Shown: piece by piece, positions 1-9,740 of the stretch | Numbering within the stretch: the first letter of the stretch is position 1 | Layout: each line of letters begins with the position of its first letter | Origin: Alphaproteobacteria bacterium | GTDB taxonomy: Bacteria > Pseudomonadota > Alphaproteobacteria > UBA7887 | DNA length: 64,000 bases | NCBI GenBank assembly: GCA_965216755.1 | Contig: CBDCGL010000011.1 | Span: 736,001 to 800,000 of the forward strand | Direction of reading: 5' to 3' | Notes under the pieces: model-generated | What the model saw: the letters and a program-made list of their open reading frames with translations, nothing else | Told to the model about the DNA's origin: nothing | Databases searched by the model: none | Made by a program: the position numbers and the translations under genes

Positions 1-660
1 GCCAACAAACAGTGCGTCGGCAAAGGTGCGCAAGGTACAAGCGGGATCGAGCATTAAGGTCATGCGCGAGCCGACAGCCTTCGCCACATGCAGAACGTTA
101 TCGGCTTCCTCGCGCGCGTTGCCCTCCAGCCAGCCGTGTATCTTGAATGCGCGATAGCCCATTTCGTAGCTTTGCTCGGCGAACGCCGCATACGCTTCTT
201 TGCTGTCCAGACCGCCATTGCGATCGCCGAGATAGGTGGATGCGTACGCGGGCAAGCGTTTCCGATAACCACCCAGCAAGGTCGATATGGAACAGTCGAG
301 CTGGCGTCCTTGCCAGTCCCACAGCGCTATGTCCAGGGCACCGTGGCCCATATGATCAAATTGACGCACCTGCCATTTGAGGTCGTCATAAATGGCCTCA
401 CGCTGTTCCGCATGGCAGCCAATCAGTCTGGGAGCGAGCATCTTGGTCTGCGCCAGACTTGCCGCCGACGCGACCCAATGCGTGACATATTCGCCCGGGC
501 AGCCGTCCGTTGTCACAATCCGCACGGCGTATTTTGGCAGACGTGTGACGGCGCCTTTGACATAGGTGACGCTGCCAACGGTCTTTGCGTCTGACATTTG
601 GCCGAGGTTGACGGCATCAAACTCGAACTCGTGGATTTCGACGCGGCTGATAAGCGTCAT
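1..660 (-). CDS. Enolase-superfamily (mandelate racemase/muconate lactonizing enzyme family) protein, 3' end runs off the window
   Basis: Not in the ORF track (no stop in window). Manual translation from ATG at 660: MTLISRVEIHEFEF...GALDIALWDWQGRQLDCSISTLLGGYRKRLPAYAST...GYRAFKIHG...MTLMLDPAC. DIALWD...LLGG is the typical N-terminal domain motif. Confidence 0.9.
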   Translation of the reverse strand, partial: MTLISRVEIHEFEFDAVNLGQMSDAKTVGSVTYVKGAVTRLPKYAVRIVTTDGCPGEYVTHWVASAASLAQTKMLAPRLIGCHAEQREAIYDDLKWQVRQFDHMGHGALDIALWDWQGRQLDCSISTLLGGYRKRLPAYASTYLGDRNGGLDSKEAYAAFAEQSYEMGYRAFKIHGWLEGNAREEADNVLHVAKAVGSRMTLMLDPACTLRTFADALFVG

Positions 661-850
661 TGGGGCCTTCCATTCTTGCGTTGCATGGCGTGGCGATAAG
701 GCGCGAAACGGGGCATAAAGTCAATGTCACGCCCAGTACCCGGACCGCTCCAGCTGGATCGCGTTCCAATCGTTGTACAAGATGTTGCGCGAACTGGACG
801 ACCAACCCGGGATTCTGAGATGATGACTTGCTACAAGCCTAGGAGTGATC

Positions 851-2158
851 ATGCATAGGAACAAGGGGCGATCCAGGCCGGCGTCCGGGCTGTTCGAGAC
901 GTTCGAAAAGGACGCGGCGCAAGCTGATCGGGATTTCTTCGGGCGCATTGCCCACCCGGACCGCCGCGGTTTTCTGCGCGATGCCGGATTGTTGACGATG
1001 AGTGGGCTGCTTGGCGCCACGATACCATTTCATCGCACCATGCCGGCCGGTTTTATTCCGGTAGCTTTGGCCCAAGACGCTATGTTGGAGGGCAAGGATG
1101 GTTTGACTTTGCTGAACGATCGGCCGATCAATGCCGAGACACCGCCGCACTTGCTCGACGATCCGATCACGCCGACCCACCGGCATTTCATTCGCAACAA
1201 TGGCGTCCCGCCAGAAACCGCGGACGCTGCGATGTGGACGTTGACCATTGATGGGCTGGTCGACAACCCCATGACCCTGTCGATCGCTGATTTGCGCACT
1301 GGGTTCGAAACCGTCAGCCTGGCCCTGACCATCGAGTGCGGAGGCAACGGTCGTGCCTTTTTTGATCCACCCGCGAAAGGCAACCAATGGACGTATGGTG
1401 CGGTGGCCTGTTCCATGTGGACCGGTGTGCGTCTGAAGGATGTTTTGGCGGCCGCTGGCGTAAAGGATGGTGTGGTTTATACCGCCCATTTTGGTGCCGA
1501 CGCGCACCTGTCTGGAGATCCTGACAAATTGCCAATCTCGCGCGGCGTGCCGATCGCCAAGGCAATGAGCGATACGGTGTTGATTGCGTTCGAGATGAAT
1601 GGCGGGCCGCTCCATCCAATGAACGGCGCGCCGCTGCGGCTGGTTGTGCCGGGGTGGCCGGGGTCCTGCTCACAAAAATGGCTCAGGCGTGTAACCCTGC
1701 GTGACATAGTCCATGACGGTCCGAAGATGACGGGCACGTCGTATCGTGTGCCCAATCGGCCCATTGCGCCGGGCGAGGATGTCGCCAAGGAAGACTTCGC
1801 CATTATCGAACGCATGCCTGTGAAATCCTTGATCACTAGCCCCGCGACAGGCACAGAAACAAACGGCCGGACAATTGAAGTGCGCGGCCACGCGTGGTCC
1901 GGTGATCGCGATATCAGCCAAGTCGAAGTGTCGATCGATTTCGGCGCGACCTGGACAAATGCGACGGTCGACGGACCCGTTAATGCCGGTGCCTGGCAAA
2001 ACTGGCGCATAAACGTTGAATTTCCGCAGGCGGGATACTACGAGGCTTGGGCGCGTGCAACCGATAGTCATGGTGTCGCGCAGCCCCATGCCATCGCGTG
2101 GAACCCCAAGGGATATCTCAACAACAGCATGCACCGTGTTGCGATTCATGTCGTTTGA
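851..2158 (+). CDS. Periplasmic sulfite oxidase-family molybdoenzyme (SorA/SorT-like sulfite dehydrogenase)
   Basis: Tat motif DRRGFLR; FIRNNG; Mo-ligand Cys in TIECGGNGR; NGAPLRLVVPGWPG, KWL; C-terminal dimerisation domain WNPKGYLNN. RBS AGGAG at 841-845. Confidence 0.92.
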   Translation: MHRNKGRSRPASGLFETFEKDAAQADRDFFGRIAHPDRRGFLRDAGLLTMSGLLGATIPFHRTMPAGFIPVALAQDAMLEGKDGLTLLNDRPINAETPPHLLDDPITPTHRHFIRNNGVPPETADAAMWTLTIDGLVDNPMTLSIADLRTGFETVSLALTIECGGNGRAFFDPPAKGNQWTYGAVACSMWTGVRLKDVLAAAGVKDGVVYTAHFGADAHLSGDPDKLPISRGVPIAKAMSDTVLIAFEMNGGPLHPMNGAPLRLVVPGWPGSCSQKWLRRVTLRDIVHDGPKMTGTSYRVPNRPIAPGEDVAKEDFAIIERMPVKSLITSPATGTETNGRTIEVRGHAWSGDRDISQVEVSIDFGATWTNATVDGPVNAGAWQNWRINVEFPQAGYYEAWARATDSHGVAQPHAIAWNPKGYLNNSMHRVAIHVV

Positions 2159-2501
2159 ATTGCATGTTTTGCGCACGACCTGGATTGCAAAATCTTGCGT
2201 CATGCTATCCGTGGCATGGCTCAGTGTTGCGATGGGCGCAAAAGCACAGAACGACTATGGCGCTTTGTTCGATGCAGAGGGCGTTGAACAGACCTATGGC
2301 TATTGTACCGCGTGCCACTCTGAGATGATCGTGGCCCAACAAGGCTTGAGTCGCACACATTGGGACGAGTTGCTGATATGGATGGTCGACGAGCAAGGCA
2401 TGCCGGAGATCGATGAACCAGATCGCTCGATCGTGCTCGATTATCTAGCGGCACATTATGGGCAGGATCGACCGAATTTCCCCCGCCGCGTGGGCGATTA
2501 A
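2148..2501 (+). CDS. Monoheme cytochrome c, probable electron acceptor of the sulfite dehydrogenase
   Basis: Signal-peptide-like N-terminus, heme motif CTACH, later Met in WMVDEQGM. ATG at 2148 overlaps the end of the molybdoenzyme gene. Confidence 0.85.
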   Translation: MSFELHVLRTTWIAKSCVMLSVAWLSVAMGAKAQNDYGALFDAEGVEQTYGYCTACHSEMIVAQQGLSRTHWDELLIWMVDEQGMPEIDEPDRSIVLDYLAAHYGQDRPNFPRRVGD

Positions 2502-3127
2502 TCTAAGCCCAGTCCCTGCAGATAAATGAGCACGCCGGCTTCCAGCAGGTCCTCGGGTCGCATCGGGACCTTGCGGCGGGCCGCGTCGCCACGCGCAAAC
2601 AGCGAGGCGATGCCATGTGACAAAGCCCAAACATGTAGGCTCATCATCAACGCCGGCGGGCGTTTGTCGGCCGGCATGGTTGTGCAAATCGCTTCGGATG
2701 CCTGCCTCACGACGGCAAACGCCTGATCGCCAGCGCGCGCCAAGGCAGGGCTGATGTCCGGCGGCAGACCGGCCTCGAACATTGCGGCGTAAAAGGATGG
2801 ATGGTTGCGCGCAAAGGTCAAATAGGCGCGGCCGACATTCTTGAACGCCGTGACCGGGTCGGGCGTGCCGCCGTCCCAAGCGTCGCTCAGGTCGCGCGTG
2901 AAACTTTCAAAGCCGCGCCGGGCGATATCGGCCATTAATGCGTCGCGGTCCCGAAAGTGGCGATAGGGCGCTGCCGCGCTGACGCCGGCCGCCCGCGCAA
3001 CTTCGGCAAACGTGAAGCCTGTCGGACCACGCTCGGCGATCAAATCCAGCGCCGCTTGCACCAGCGCCTCGCTGAGATTTCCGTGATGGTAGCTGTCCCG
3101 ACCACGGCGACGTTTCGACCATGTCAT
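2498..3127 (-). CDS. TetR/AcrR family transcriptional regulator
   Basis: YHHGNLSEALVQAALDLIAERG...EVARAAGVSAAAPYRHF HTH; C-terminal WALSHG (WHG-type). Confidence 0.95.
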   Translation of the reverse strand: MTWSKRRRGRDSYHHGNLSEALVQAALDLIAERGPTGFTFAEVARAAGVSAAAPYRHFRDRDALMADIARRGFESFTRDLSDAWDGGTPDPVTAFKNVGRAYLTFARNHPSFYAAMFEAGLPPDISPALARAGDQAFAVVRQASEAICTTMPADKRPPALMMSLHVWALSHGIASLFARGDAARRKVPMRPEDLLEAGVLIYLQGLGLD

Positions 3128-3144
3128 GTAATGAGTATTTACAT
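3126..3144. promoter_or_regulatory. Palindromic operator ATGTAA-N7-TTACAT overlapping the TetR start codon (probable autoregulatory site)
   Basis: Sequence ATGTAATGAGTATTTACAT: perfect 6-bp inverted repeat, AT-rich within GC-rich DNA. Confidence 0.6.
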
Positions 3145-3186
3145 CAATCGGACGCTATGGGCATAGGCGACGGCCGAAAATGTCTG

Positions 3187-5052
3187 TCAAAGCGTCTGCG
3201 TATGGTAATCCCGTTGCACATCGGCACACCAATTTCCGACGTTCCATCGGCCATAGGCACCCATGCCGCCGACCGGGTGGCTGCCGCCATACACCGGCAC
3301 ATGGACGACGCTGAGGCCATCATGGGCAAGGGCCTGTTCAAGCGAGGCGCGCAGCGATTCAATGGTTCTCCCGCCTTTGAAACCGCGTACGCCTTCGACC
3401 GCGGCGGCTAACACGACATAATCGACCGCGACAAGATCGCTGGTTCGGAAACCGTGGCCATATTGCGCCACTTGCAGGCCCGTAATGGCCGCCATGCGCC
3501 GATTGTCGAAGATGACGATCATGGCGCGCAGCCCATGCGCAACGCCGTCGATTAGTATCTGCGGGTTCATCATGAACGATCCGTCACCAGTGAACGCCAC
3601 GCCGTAGCGGGCTTTGTCCGCTAGCGCGCCGGACATCAATGCACTCACGGCGAAGCCCATATAGGACGACCCCGACTCAGTAATTGTCTCGGTTGGCGCG
3701 TCGTCTTCAACGATTTGAAACCCATTGGCCTGCACGTCGCCGGCATCGAAGAATTTCAGCGCACCAATTGATTTGGCGAAATCGCTGACGACTTTTATCG
3801 CCTGGGGTTGGGTGAGGACTGTTTCGTTCCAAGCCTCATCCTTTGGCTGCGCGGCGGCATATTGTCGCGCTTTGAAAGCCACCCATGCCGCTTTTTGCGC
3901 CGCGCATTCGGCCAACCACCCGGCTTTGCCGGACGCCGCGCCGTCAAGGAAAGGCAGCAGACGTTCGATGATGGCGTCGGCGTTCCCCACAAGGGCAAGG
4001 GTATGGTTGTAATGATGGGCGTCATTGAGATCGGCGTTGATATTGATGACGTGGCGGACGCGCGGATAGCCGATTCCGGAGCAATCAGATTGGCAAACGG
4101 CGCGGCTGCCAATCGCGATCAAGAGGTCGGCATTCTCCATCGCAAAATTGCCGCTGATCGAGCCTTTCGATCCGCCAACATGCATATTCTGCGGATGCGC
4201 GTCGGGCAGGACGCCAGTCGAACCCGGCGACAGCACGACTGCTGCGCCGCTGGCTTCGGCCAGCTGGCGGACCAAATCGGCGCTGTGCCGTGCGCCGCCG
4301 CCGGCCTTGATCATCGGCCGTTTCGCCTGACGAATCAGATCCGCGGCGGCGTGATAGCACGCATCATCGGTGGGAGCTGTCGACCGGTGTTCGGTCGGTC
4401 CGGGCAATGCATCGAGTCGAACAGTCACCGGTTGCGGCTGTGTATTGATCGGCAACATGAAGGTAAACGGTCCGGCCTTTGTCGGATGGTTGACTGTGGC
4501 CAAGCCTTGACGAAGAGCTTCCCGCAGGGCGTGCGGCGTATGCAATGTGTAGGAGCGGTTCATCAGCCCAGTAATTATGCCGTACGCGCCCTGCATGGGT
4601 TTCGGCACCTGTTGCATGTTGTAGCCTTCGCCGTGCGTCGTCTCATCGCCATAGATGTGGTAGACGCCGATGCCGTTCGACGCCGCGGCCAGTGAGCCAG
4701 CCATGGATTGCAACGCGCCCGGACCAATAGACGTGACGACAGCGGCGGTTTCGCCATAGGCCCAACGCAGCGCAGTCGCCGCATGCGCCATGGCCACTTC
4801 ATTGCGAAATTGAAAAGTCTGGGTCAGGCCGGCCTGCTCATAGACTCGCAAGACTTCGCCCATATCGGTCGAGCCGTGACCGAAAATGGCCAGATATTTG
4901 GTAACCCCTTGTCGCATGAGCCCGAGCACGAGCGCCTCCGACAAGGTGAGCGTTACTGGCAGAGGGAGGACACCGGCCATCAGCGCGGCGTCCAACTTGC
5001 CCGCGTCGGCGATGGCTTGGGCCCGTGCGGCGATCGACTCGGGGCCGTCCAA
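3187..5052 (-). CDS. ThDP-dependent enzyme, IolD-like (cyclic 1,2-dione acylhydrolase-related)
   Basis: IFGHG and RNEVAMAHAA/TSIGPGA motifs typical of IolD; ThDP-binding GDGSFMM...FDN. Start uncertain (TTG ~5052; ORF open to 5136). Confidence 0.8.
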   Translation of the reverse strand: MDGPESIAARAQAIADAGKLDAALMAGVLPLPVTLTLSEALVLGLMRQGVTKYLAIFGHGSTDMGEVLRVYEQAGLTQTFQFRNEVAMAHAATALRWAYGETAAVVTSIGPGALQSMAGSLAAASNGIGVYHIYGDETTHGEGYNMQQVPKPMQGAYGIITGLMNRSYTLHTPHALREALRQGLATVNHPTKAGPFTFMLPINTQPQPVTVRLDALPGPTEHRSTAPTDDACYHAAADLIRQAKRPMIKAGGGARHSADLVRQLAEASGAAVVLSPGSTGVLPDAHPQNMHVGGSKGSISGNFAMENADLLIAIGSRAVCQSDCSGIGYPRVRHVININADLNDAHHYNHTLALVGNADAIIERLLPFLDGAASGKAGWLAECAAQKAAWVAFKARQYAAAQPKDEAWNETVLTQPQAIKVVSDFAKSIGALKFFDAGDVQANGFQIVEDDAPTETITESGSSYMGFAVSALMSGALADKARYGVAFTGDGSFMMNPQILIDGVAHGLRAMIVIFDNRRMAAITGLQVAQYGHGFRTSDLVAVDYVVLAAAVEGVRGFKGGRTIESLRASLEQALAHDGLSVVHVPVYGGSHPVGGMGAYGRWNVGNWCADVQRDYHTQTL

Positions 5053-5071
5053 GCGATGGTTGGCCGATCGA

Positions 5072-6151
5072 CTAGACAATGGATTCGACCGAGACGGCTT
5101 CGCCGCGTTGGGCAGAAGCTTGCGCGGCGACGGCAAAGCGCAAGACCTCGCGACCCTGTGTGCCGGTCAAGACCAAGGGCCTGCCGTGGCGTAGAGCCTC
5201 AATCGTGTGGCGCGTCGAATGGACAAAGCTCGTTTCCCAGCCCGTCTCGACATCGGTGTACTCGGTGATGATTCCGTCTCGATAGAGGACGACCGGTGCT
5301 GGGTTGCCAATTTGTCCATGACCGCGATTGATCCAGATCACGCCTTTGGTGCCCGTGATTTCGACGCGATCATCTTGGGCATAGTGCCGCGTCTCGATCG
5401 GCATGGCCTTGGAATAGGCAATCTCCAGATTGCCGACGCGATTGCCAGGGAACCGAAATGAGATCATTGACGGCGCATCGTGCAGCAAGCCGCGATCGTC
5501 GATTGTTTCGCCAATCCAAGCGTGGACTGTTTCAGCCTGTCCCATGAAATGCCAAGCCAACGCGAATTTGTGGTGGCCGTCGTCAAATGTCAGTGGGCCG
5601 CCGCCCGACTGGCCGACGTCCTGCCGCCATGCGCGCGCGGAATTCGGAACGTGCCACGCACTGTCGCTGACGCCTTGATGGCTCTTCAACCGTATAGTCA
5701 GCGGATCGCCGATGGCGCCATCGTCGATGAGTGCTTTCGCCTTGCTCACCGGCGGGTAAAAAATGAAGTTTTCGAAGACCTTGAACGGCACCTTCGCGTC
5801 TGCCGCTGCGTCGATCAATTGATCGGCTTCCGCGACTGTCAGGCACATGGGCTTTTGAAGCGACACCGCTTTGCCGGCGCCGAATGCTGCCAAGGCGATC
5901 GGCGCATGAAGATGGTGCGGCACCAACACCTCGACCAAATTGATTCGCTCATCGGCGAGCAATTCATGGTAGTCAGCGGTAACCCGCGCGTCCGGCAGGC
6001 CCCACGCGGCGGCACGGTCGTGTGCTTTAGCGATATCGGGGTCACACAAACCGACGATGGTCGCGTATCGGTTGTTGCAATATTCGATGGCGTGCAGATC
6101 TGAAATCCGACCGGTGCCGATCATGCCCACCCGAATTTGGTCATAAGCCAT
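5072..6151 (-). CDS. Gfo/Idh/MocA family NAD(P)-dependent oxidoreductase
   Basis: Rossmann VGMIGTGRIS; QKPM (EKP equivalent); SGGGPLTFDDGHH. Confidence 0.92.
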   Translation of the reverse strand: MAYDQIRVGMIGTGRISDLHAIEYCNNRYATIVGLCDPDIAKAHDRAAAWGLPDARVTADYHELLADERINLVEVLVPHHLHAPIALAAFGAGKAVSLQKPMCLTVAEADQLIDAAADAKVPFKVFENFIFYPPVSKAKALIDDGAIGDPLTIRLKSHQGVSDSAWHVPNSARAWRQDVGQSGGGPLTFDDGHHKFALAWHFMGQAETVHAWIGETIDDRGLLHDAPSMISFRFPGNRVGNLEIAYSKAMPIETRHYAQDDRVEITGTKGVIWINRGHGQIGNPAPVVLYRDGIITEYTDVETGWETSFVHSTRHTIEALRHGRPLVLTGTQGREVLRFAVAAQASAQRGEAVSVESIV

Positions 6152-6277
6152 GGTGTCGACTCCGCGACGGGTTCACTCGACGTCCGCGTTCACGCGGTAC
6201 GCATCGAAGCATAGCGTCGGATTGTTCCTGGCGGATACCGATTGTTTGTTGCGCTTGCACGTGACGCAAGGACGCTC

Positions 6278-7018
6278 ATGACCCGGCATGTTATCGGCCA
6301 CCGTGGTTTGGCTGCGGCGATGCCGGAAAACACGCTTGAAGGTATTGAATTTGCTGCGCAATTGGGGTTGCGTTGGGTGGAATTCGATGTCCGACTTACG
6401 CGCGACGGCCACCTGATCCTGATGCATGACGCGACATTGAACCGCACGACCAACGGCCGTGGTCGGGTGATCGAAACGCCATTTGACGAGATGCGCAAAC
6501 TAGATGCCGGTGCCTGGTTCTATGATCAGCCGCAGGCCAAGAGCATTCGCATACCGACCATGCACGAGGCTCTTTGTCTCGCCCGCGAGCACGGCATATG
6601 CGCCAACGTTGAATTGAAGCCCGATCGCGGCCGCGAAGCGGAGCTGGGCACGGCCGTCGGCACGGCTTTGCGGCTCGATTGGTCCACATCCTCGCCGTCG
6701 ATCGTCGTGTCGAGCTTTTCCGCAGCCTGTCTGCGCGCTTTTCGTGAAACCAATGACCAAGTCGCGCTTGCGCTATTGGTCAGAGCCGTACCTCGGAATT
6801 GGCGAAAGCGGTTGAGCGATTTGGGCGCCGTTGCGCTACACGTTGAGGACACAAAGCTAACCGAAGCACAGGCTGCCGCCGTCAAGGCCGCCAACTATGA
6901 TCTTCGCGTTTTCACGGTCAATGAACCGGCGCGCGCGCGCCTGCTATTCGGCTGGGGCGTCGACGGTGTCGTTACCGACCGCGCGGAGGTTTATCGCGCC
7001 GTGACGTGGGCGCCCTGA
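6278..7018 (+). CDS. ugpQ: Glycerophosphodiester phosphodiesterase
   Basis: IGHRG...PENT, VEFDVRLTRDG, MHDATLNRTT, NVELK, FTVN, GVDGVVTD. Confidence 0.92.
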   Translation: MTRHVIGHRGLAAAMPENTLEGIEFAAQLGLRWVEFDVRLTRDGHLILMHDATLNRTTNGRGRVIETPFDEMRKLDAGAWFYDQPQAKSIRIPTMHEALCLAREHGICANVELKPDRGREAELGTAVGTALRLDWSTSSPSIVVSSFSAACLRAFRETNDQVALALLVRAVPRNWRKRLSDLGAVALHVEDTKLTEAQAAAVKAANYDLRVFTVNEPARARLLFGWGVDGVVTDRAEVYRAVTWAP

Positions 7019-7021
7019 GCC

Positions 7022-7774
7022 TTATTTTCGAAAGCGCGCCATGGCTTCATGGGGTTCGCCCGACCGGTAGGCGTCAACTTGGAGCGGTGCCGCTGCGGCC
7101 AAAGTGGCATCGAATCCGGCCTGCGTGGCATCACGGAATCGTTTCTTGGTCAGGCGCATCGCGTTGACCGGCTTGGACGCGAGTTCATTTGCGCAGGCCA
7201 GCGCTTCATCGAGGACTTGCCCCACCGGTACAAGCTTGTTGACGAGACCGATGCGGTGGCACTCCTCGGCATCCATCAAACGCCCCGTCAACGCCAGATC
7301 AACGGCGCGGGCATGCCCCAATGAAAGGGTCAACAAATGAACACCGATGACGCTTGCCAACCCGACATTGATTTCCGGTTGGCCCATTCGGAGTCCGGAA
7401 TGCCCGATGCGCATGTCGGCCAGGAGAGCGATCTGTATTCCGGCGCCGGCCGCGACGCCGTTCAGAGCCGCGACACATGGCTTGTCGAGGCCACGTATGG
7501 TTTCGTAGCAGGTGCGCAGATCTTCGACCCAGGCATCTGCCAGCGCCGGATCGAAGTTGCTTGCCTCGACCAGGTCTTGGCCGGCACAAAATGCTTTTTC
7601 GCCGGCGCCAGTGATCACGACTGCGCGCGTCGCAGAGTCCTCGTTAACACGGCCGAGCACATGGCGGAGCTCGTCGCGCATTTTCGCATTAAATGCGTTA
7701 AGGGCTCTTGGGCGATTTAGTGTAACGACGCGAATCCCGTCATGTTCGTCGACCACAAGCGTATCGAAGCTCAT
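7022..7774 (-). CDS. Crotonase/enoyl-CoA hydratase superfamily protein with a single catalytic Glu
   Basis: TLNRPRALNA, AFCAGQDL, KPCVAALNGVAAGAGIQIAL, QPEINVG. Confidence 0.9.
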   Translation of the reverse strand: MSFDTLVVDEHDGIRVVTLNRPRALNAFNAKMRDELRHVLGRVNEDSATRAVVITGAGEKAFCAGQDLVEASNFDPALADAWVEDLRTCYETIRGLDKPCVAALNGVAAGAGIQIALLADMRIGHSGLRMGQPEINVGLASVIGVHLLTLSLGHARAVDLALTGRLMDAEECHRIGLVNKLVPVGQVLDEALACANELASKPVNAMRLTKKRFRDATQAGFDATLAAAAPLQVDAYRSGEPHEAMARFRK

Positions 7775-9672
7775 CCCTTATTTTCTTCCCGTTTTTCAAT
7801 CGCCAATGCGGTCATCGATTCGACAAATGACGTTACGGCATCATTGTCGTCGAACAATCCAGGTACGGTCGCGCGGATCTGATCCCGGACCTGCCGTCCA
7901 AGATCACGGTCGCTGGCCAGCTGGACCGCCCGTTGTGCGTAATTCTCCGCCGACGTCGCGATCGCGTCCATGACCCCCATACGCGCATAAAAACCATAGG
8001 TCAAACGGCCGCGCAAATAGCGGCCGGGCAGGGTGACGGTCGGTGTTCCGGCGGCCAGACATTCCAGACTGGTCTTGCCGCCACAGAAATGTGGTGTGTC
8101 CAATACGACATCGGCCGCGGCCTGCGCGCGAACAAAGTCATCGCGACTAAGGTTGGGGGCAAACACGATGCGGTCGGCAACATCACCATGAGACTTGTTT
8201 ATGCGCGCCGTCAGCAATGTTTGCCAGTGGGCGCGGTGGCCCTTCAATAAACAAATGCGGGCGGCCGGATCGCGCCGCAGAATGTCGGCCAAGATCGCGT
8301 CAAAAGAGGGGTGCAATTTGAACAGGCTTTGCGGGCAGAGATAAAGTCGACCATTGGTCGGTAAGCCGAGGTCCGCGCGGGATTTCGCATCACGTGCGAC
8401 CTCTGGGTACGGAAATTTGAGAAACAGCCAGGGTAGGCGGATCAGGTGTTCGGAATAGTCTTTGTCCGCATCCGCGCGCTCGAAAATCGGCGCCGAAATC
8501 ATCACGTCGATGTTCGGAATTCCTGATGTCACCGGGTGGCCCCAGCCCATGACCTGAACGGGCGCCAAGCGGGCATAGGCGAGGAAATAGGTCGCCGGAT
8601 CCATGCCGATTTCGGGAAAAAACAGCACATCAAGATGGGCGTCACTGACAATATCTCGCATGCGCGCCAGGTTACGCGGTAGCACCGTGTAATGTTCGGC
8701 GCTTCGCGCGATCTCGTTGGCGACTGGGTCGTCGGCCGCGCCGATTTGAAACAAGAAAAGCTCGATTGGTTCGTGTCTCAGGGCCTTGATCGCGTCCTTG
8801 AACAAAGCCCCAATGGTATGGTCATAAAAATAGGCCGAGATCATGCCCAATCGAAGTCGTCGACCTTGCAACGGCCGCCGGTTGCGAACCCGGTTTTCGG
8901 TCAGACTCGGACATGCGCTGATAAAGAAACGCGCCACCTGTTCTTGGATGGGCCGATCGTCCAAGCCGTGATAGGCGAGATAGAAATTGGTCCAATCACA
9001 ATCGTGCAGCGGATCTTCGATGACCGGTGCGTCATCGATTAAAGCGCCCAAATTCCCTCGCATTCGCGTCCGCAAGTCATCAATCGTAGCTGCCGCTTCG
9101 ACAATCGGCGGCAGCATCATGGCGCGACGGAAGCGGAGCGCGGGATTCGGATCCAGCTTCAGCGCCGTTGCATAGGCCCGATCGGCGTTGTCCAGCTTGC
9201 CTTGCGCTTGGGCCGCAACTGCCAGGTTAACGTGGGACTCAACCGATGTCGGCATCGCCTTGGTCGCACGCGTAAACATAGCCTCCGCATCCGCCCACTG
9301 ATCTTGCCCGCGCAGCAAGGCCCCAAGGTTGTTCAGTGCACCCACATGATTGGGTCGTATCGATAGGACATTTTGATAGTGCGCGACCGCTTCCGTCAAT
9401 CTGCCCGCCCGGCGCAGCAGATTGGCCAAGTTGAAATGTGCCTCGGGCAGATGTGGGTCGAGCTCCAAGGCAGCACGAAACGAGTCGATGGCGTGCTCTT
9501 CATTTCCGGCCCGAGCTTGAAGGATGCCGAGGGCGACCCGGGCACCAAGATCGTAAGGTTTGATTTTCAGCCGTGCTTCGAGCTGTGCCTGCTCGGAACT
9601 CGGTCTCGCGCCATCCGTCAACTGGTCATGCAATCTGATGGACCCGGTATAGTCGCTTCGCGAAGGCCGCAT
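7771..9672 (-). CDS. TPR-containing O-GlcNAc-transferase/SPINDLY-like glycosyltransferase (GT41-like)
   Basis: About five N-terminal TPRs (AHFNLANLL, ALNNLGALL); C-terminal ISAYFYDHTIG, APVQVMGWGHPVTSG, PQSLFKLHP, LDTPHFCGGKTSLE. Confidence 0.88.
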   Translation of the reverse strand: MRPSRSDYTGSIRLHDQLTDGARPSSEQAQLEARLKIKPYDLGARVALGILQARAGNEEHAIDSFRAALELDPHLPEAHFNLANLLRRAGRLTEAVAHYQNVLSIRPNHVGALNNLGALLRGQDQWADAEAMFTRATKAMPTSVESHVNLAVAAQAQGKLDNADRAYATALKLDPNPALRFRRAMMLPPIVEAAATIDDLRTRMRGNLGALIDDAPVIEDPLHDCDWTNFYLAYHGLDDRPIQEQVARFFISACPSLTENRVRNRRPLQGRRLRLGMISAYFYDHTIGALFKDAIKALRHEPIELFLFQIGAADDPVANEIARSAEHYTVLPRNLARMRDIVSDAHLDVLFFPEIGMDPATYFLAYARLAPVQVMGWGHPVTSGIPNIDVMISAPIFERADADKDYSEHLIRLPWLFLKFPYPEVARDAKSRADLGLPTNGRLYLCPQSLFKLHPSFDAILADILRRDPAARICLLKGHRAHWQTLLTARINKSHGDVADRIVFAPNLSRDDFVRAQAAADVVLDTPHFCGGKTSLECLAAGTPTVTLPGRYLRGRLTYGFYARMGVMDAIATSAENYAQRAVQLASDRDLGRQVRDQIRATVPGLFDDNDAVTSFVESMTALAIEKREENKG

Positions 9673-9740
9673 CGGATCGTGAGGTGAAAATCTCCGGTGC
9701 AGCCCGTATGTTTAGAAATATAGTCCGGGCGTAATGTAAA

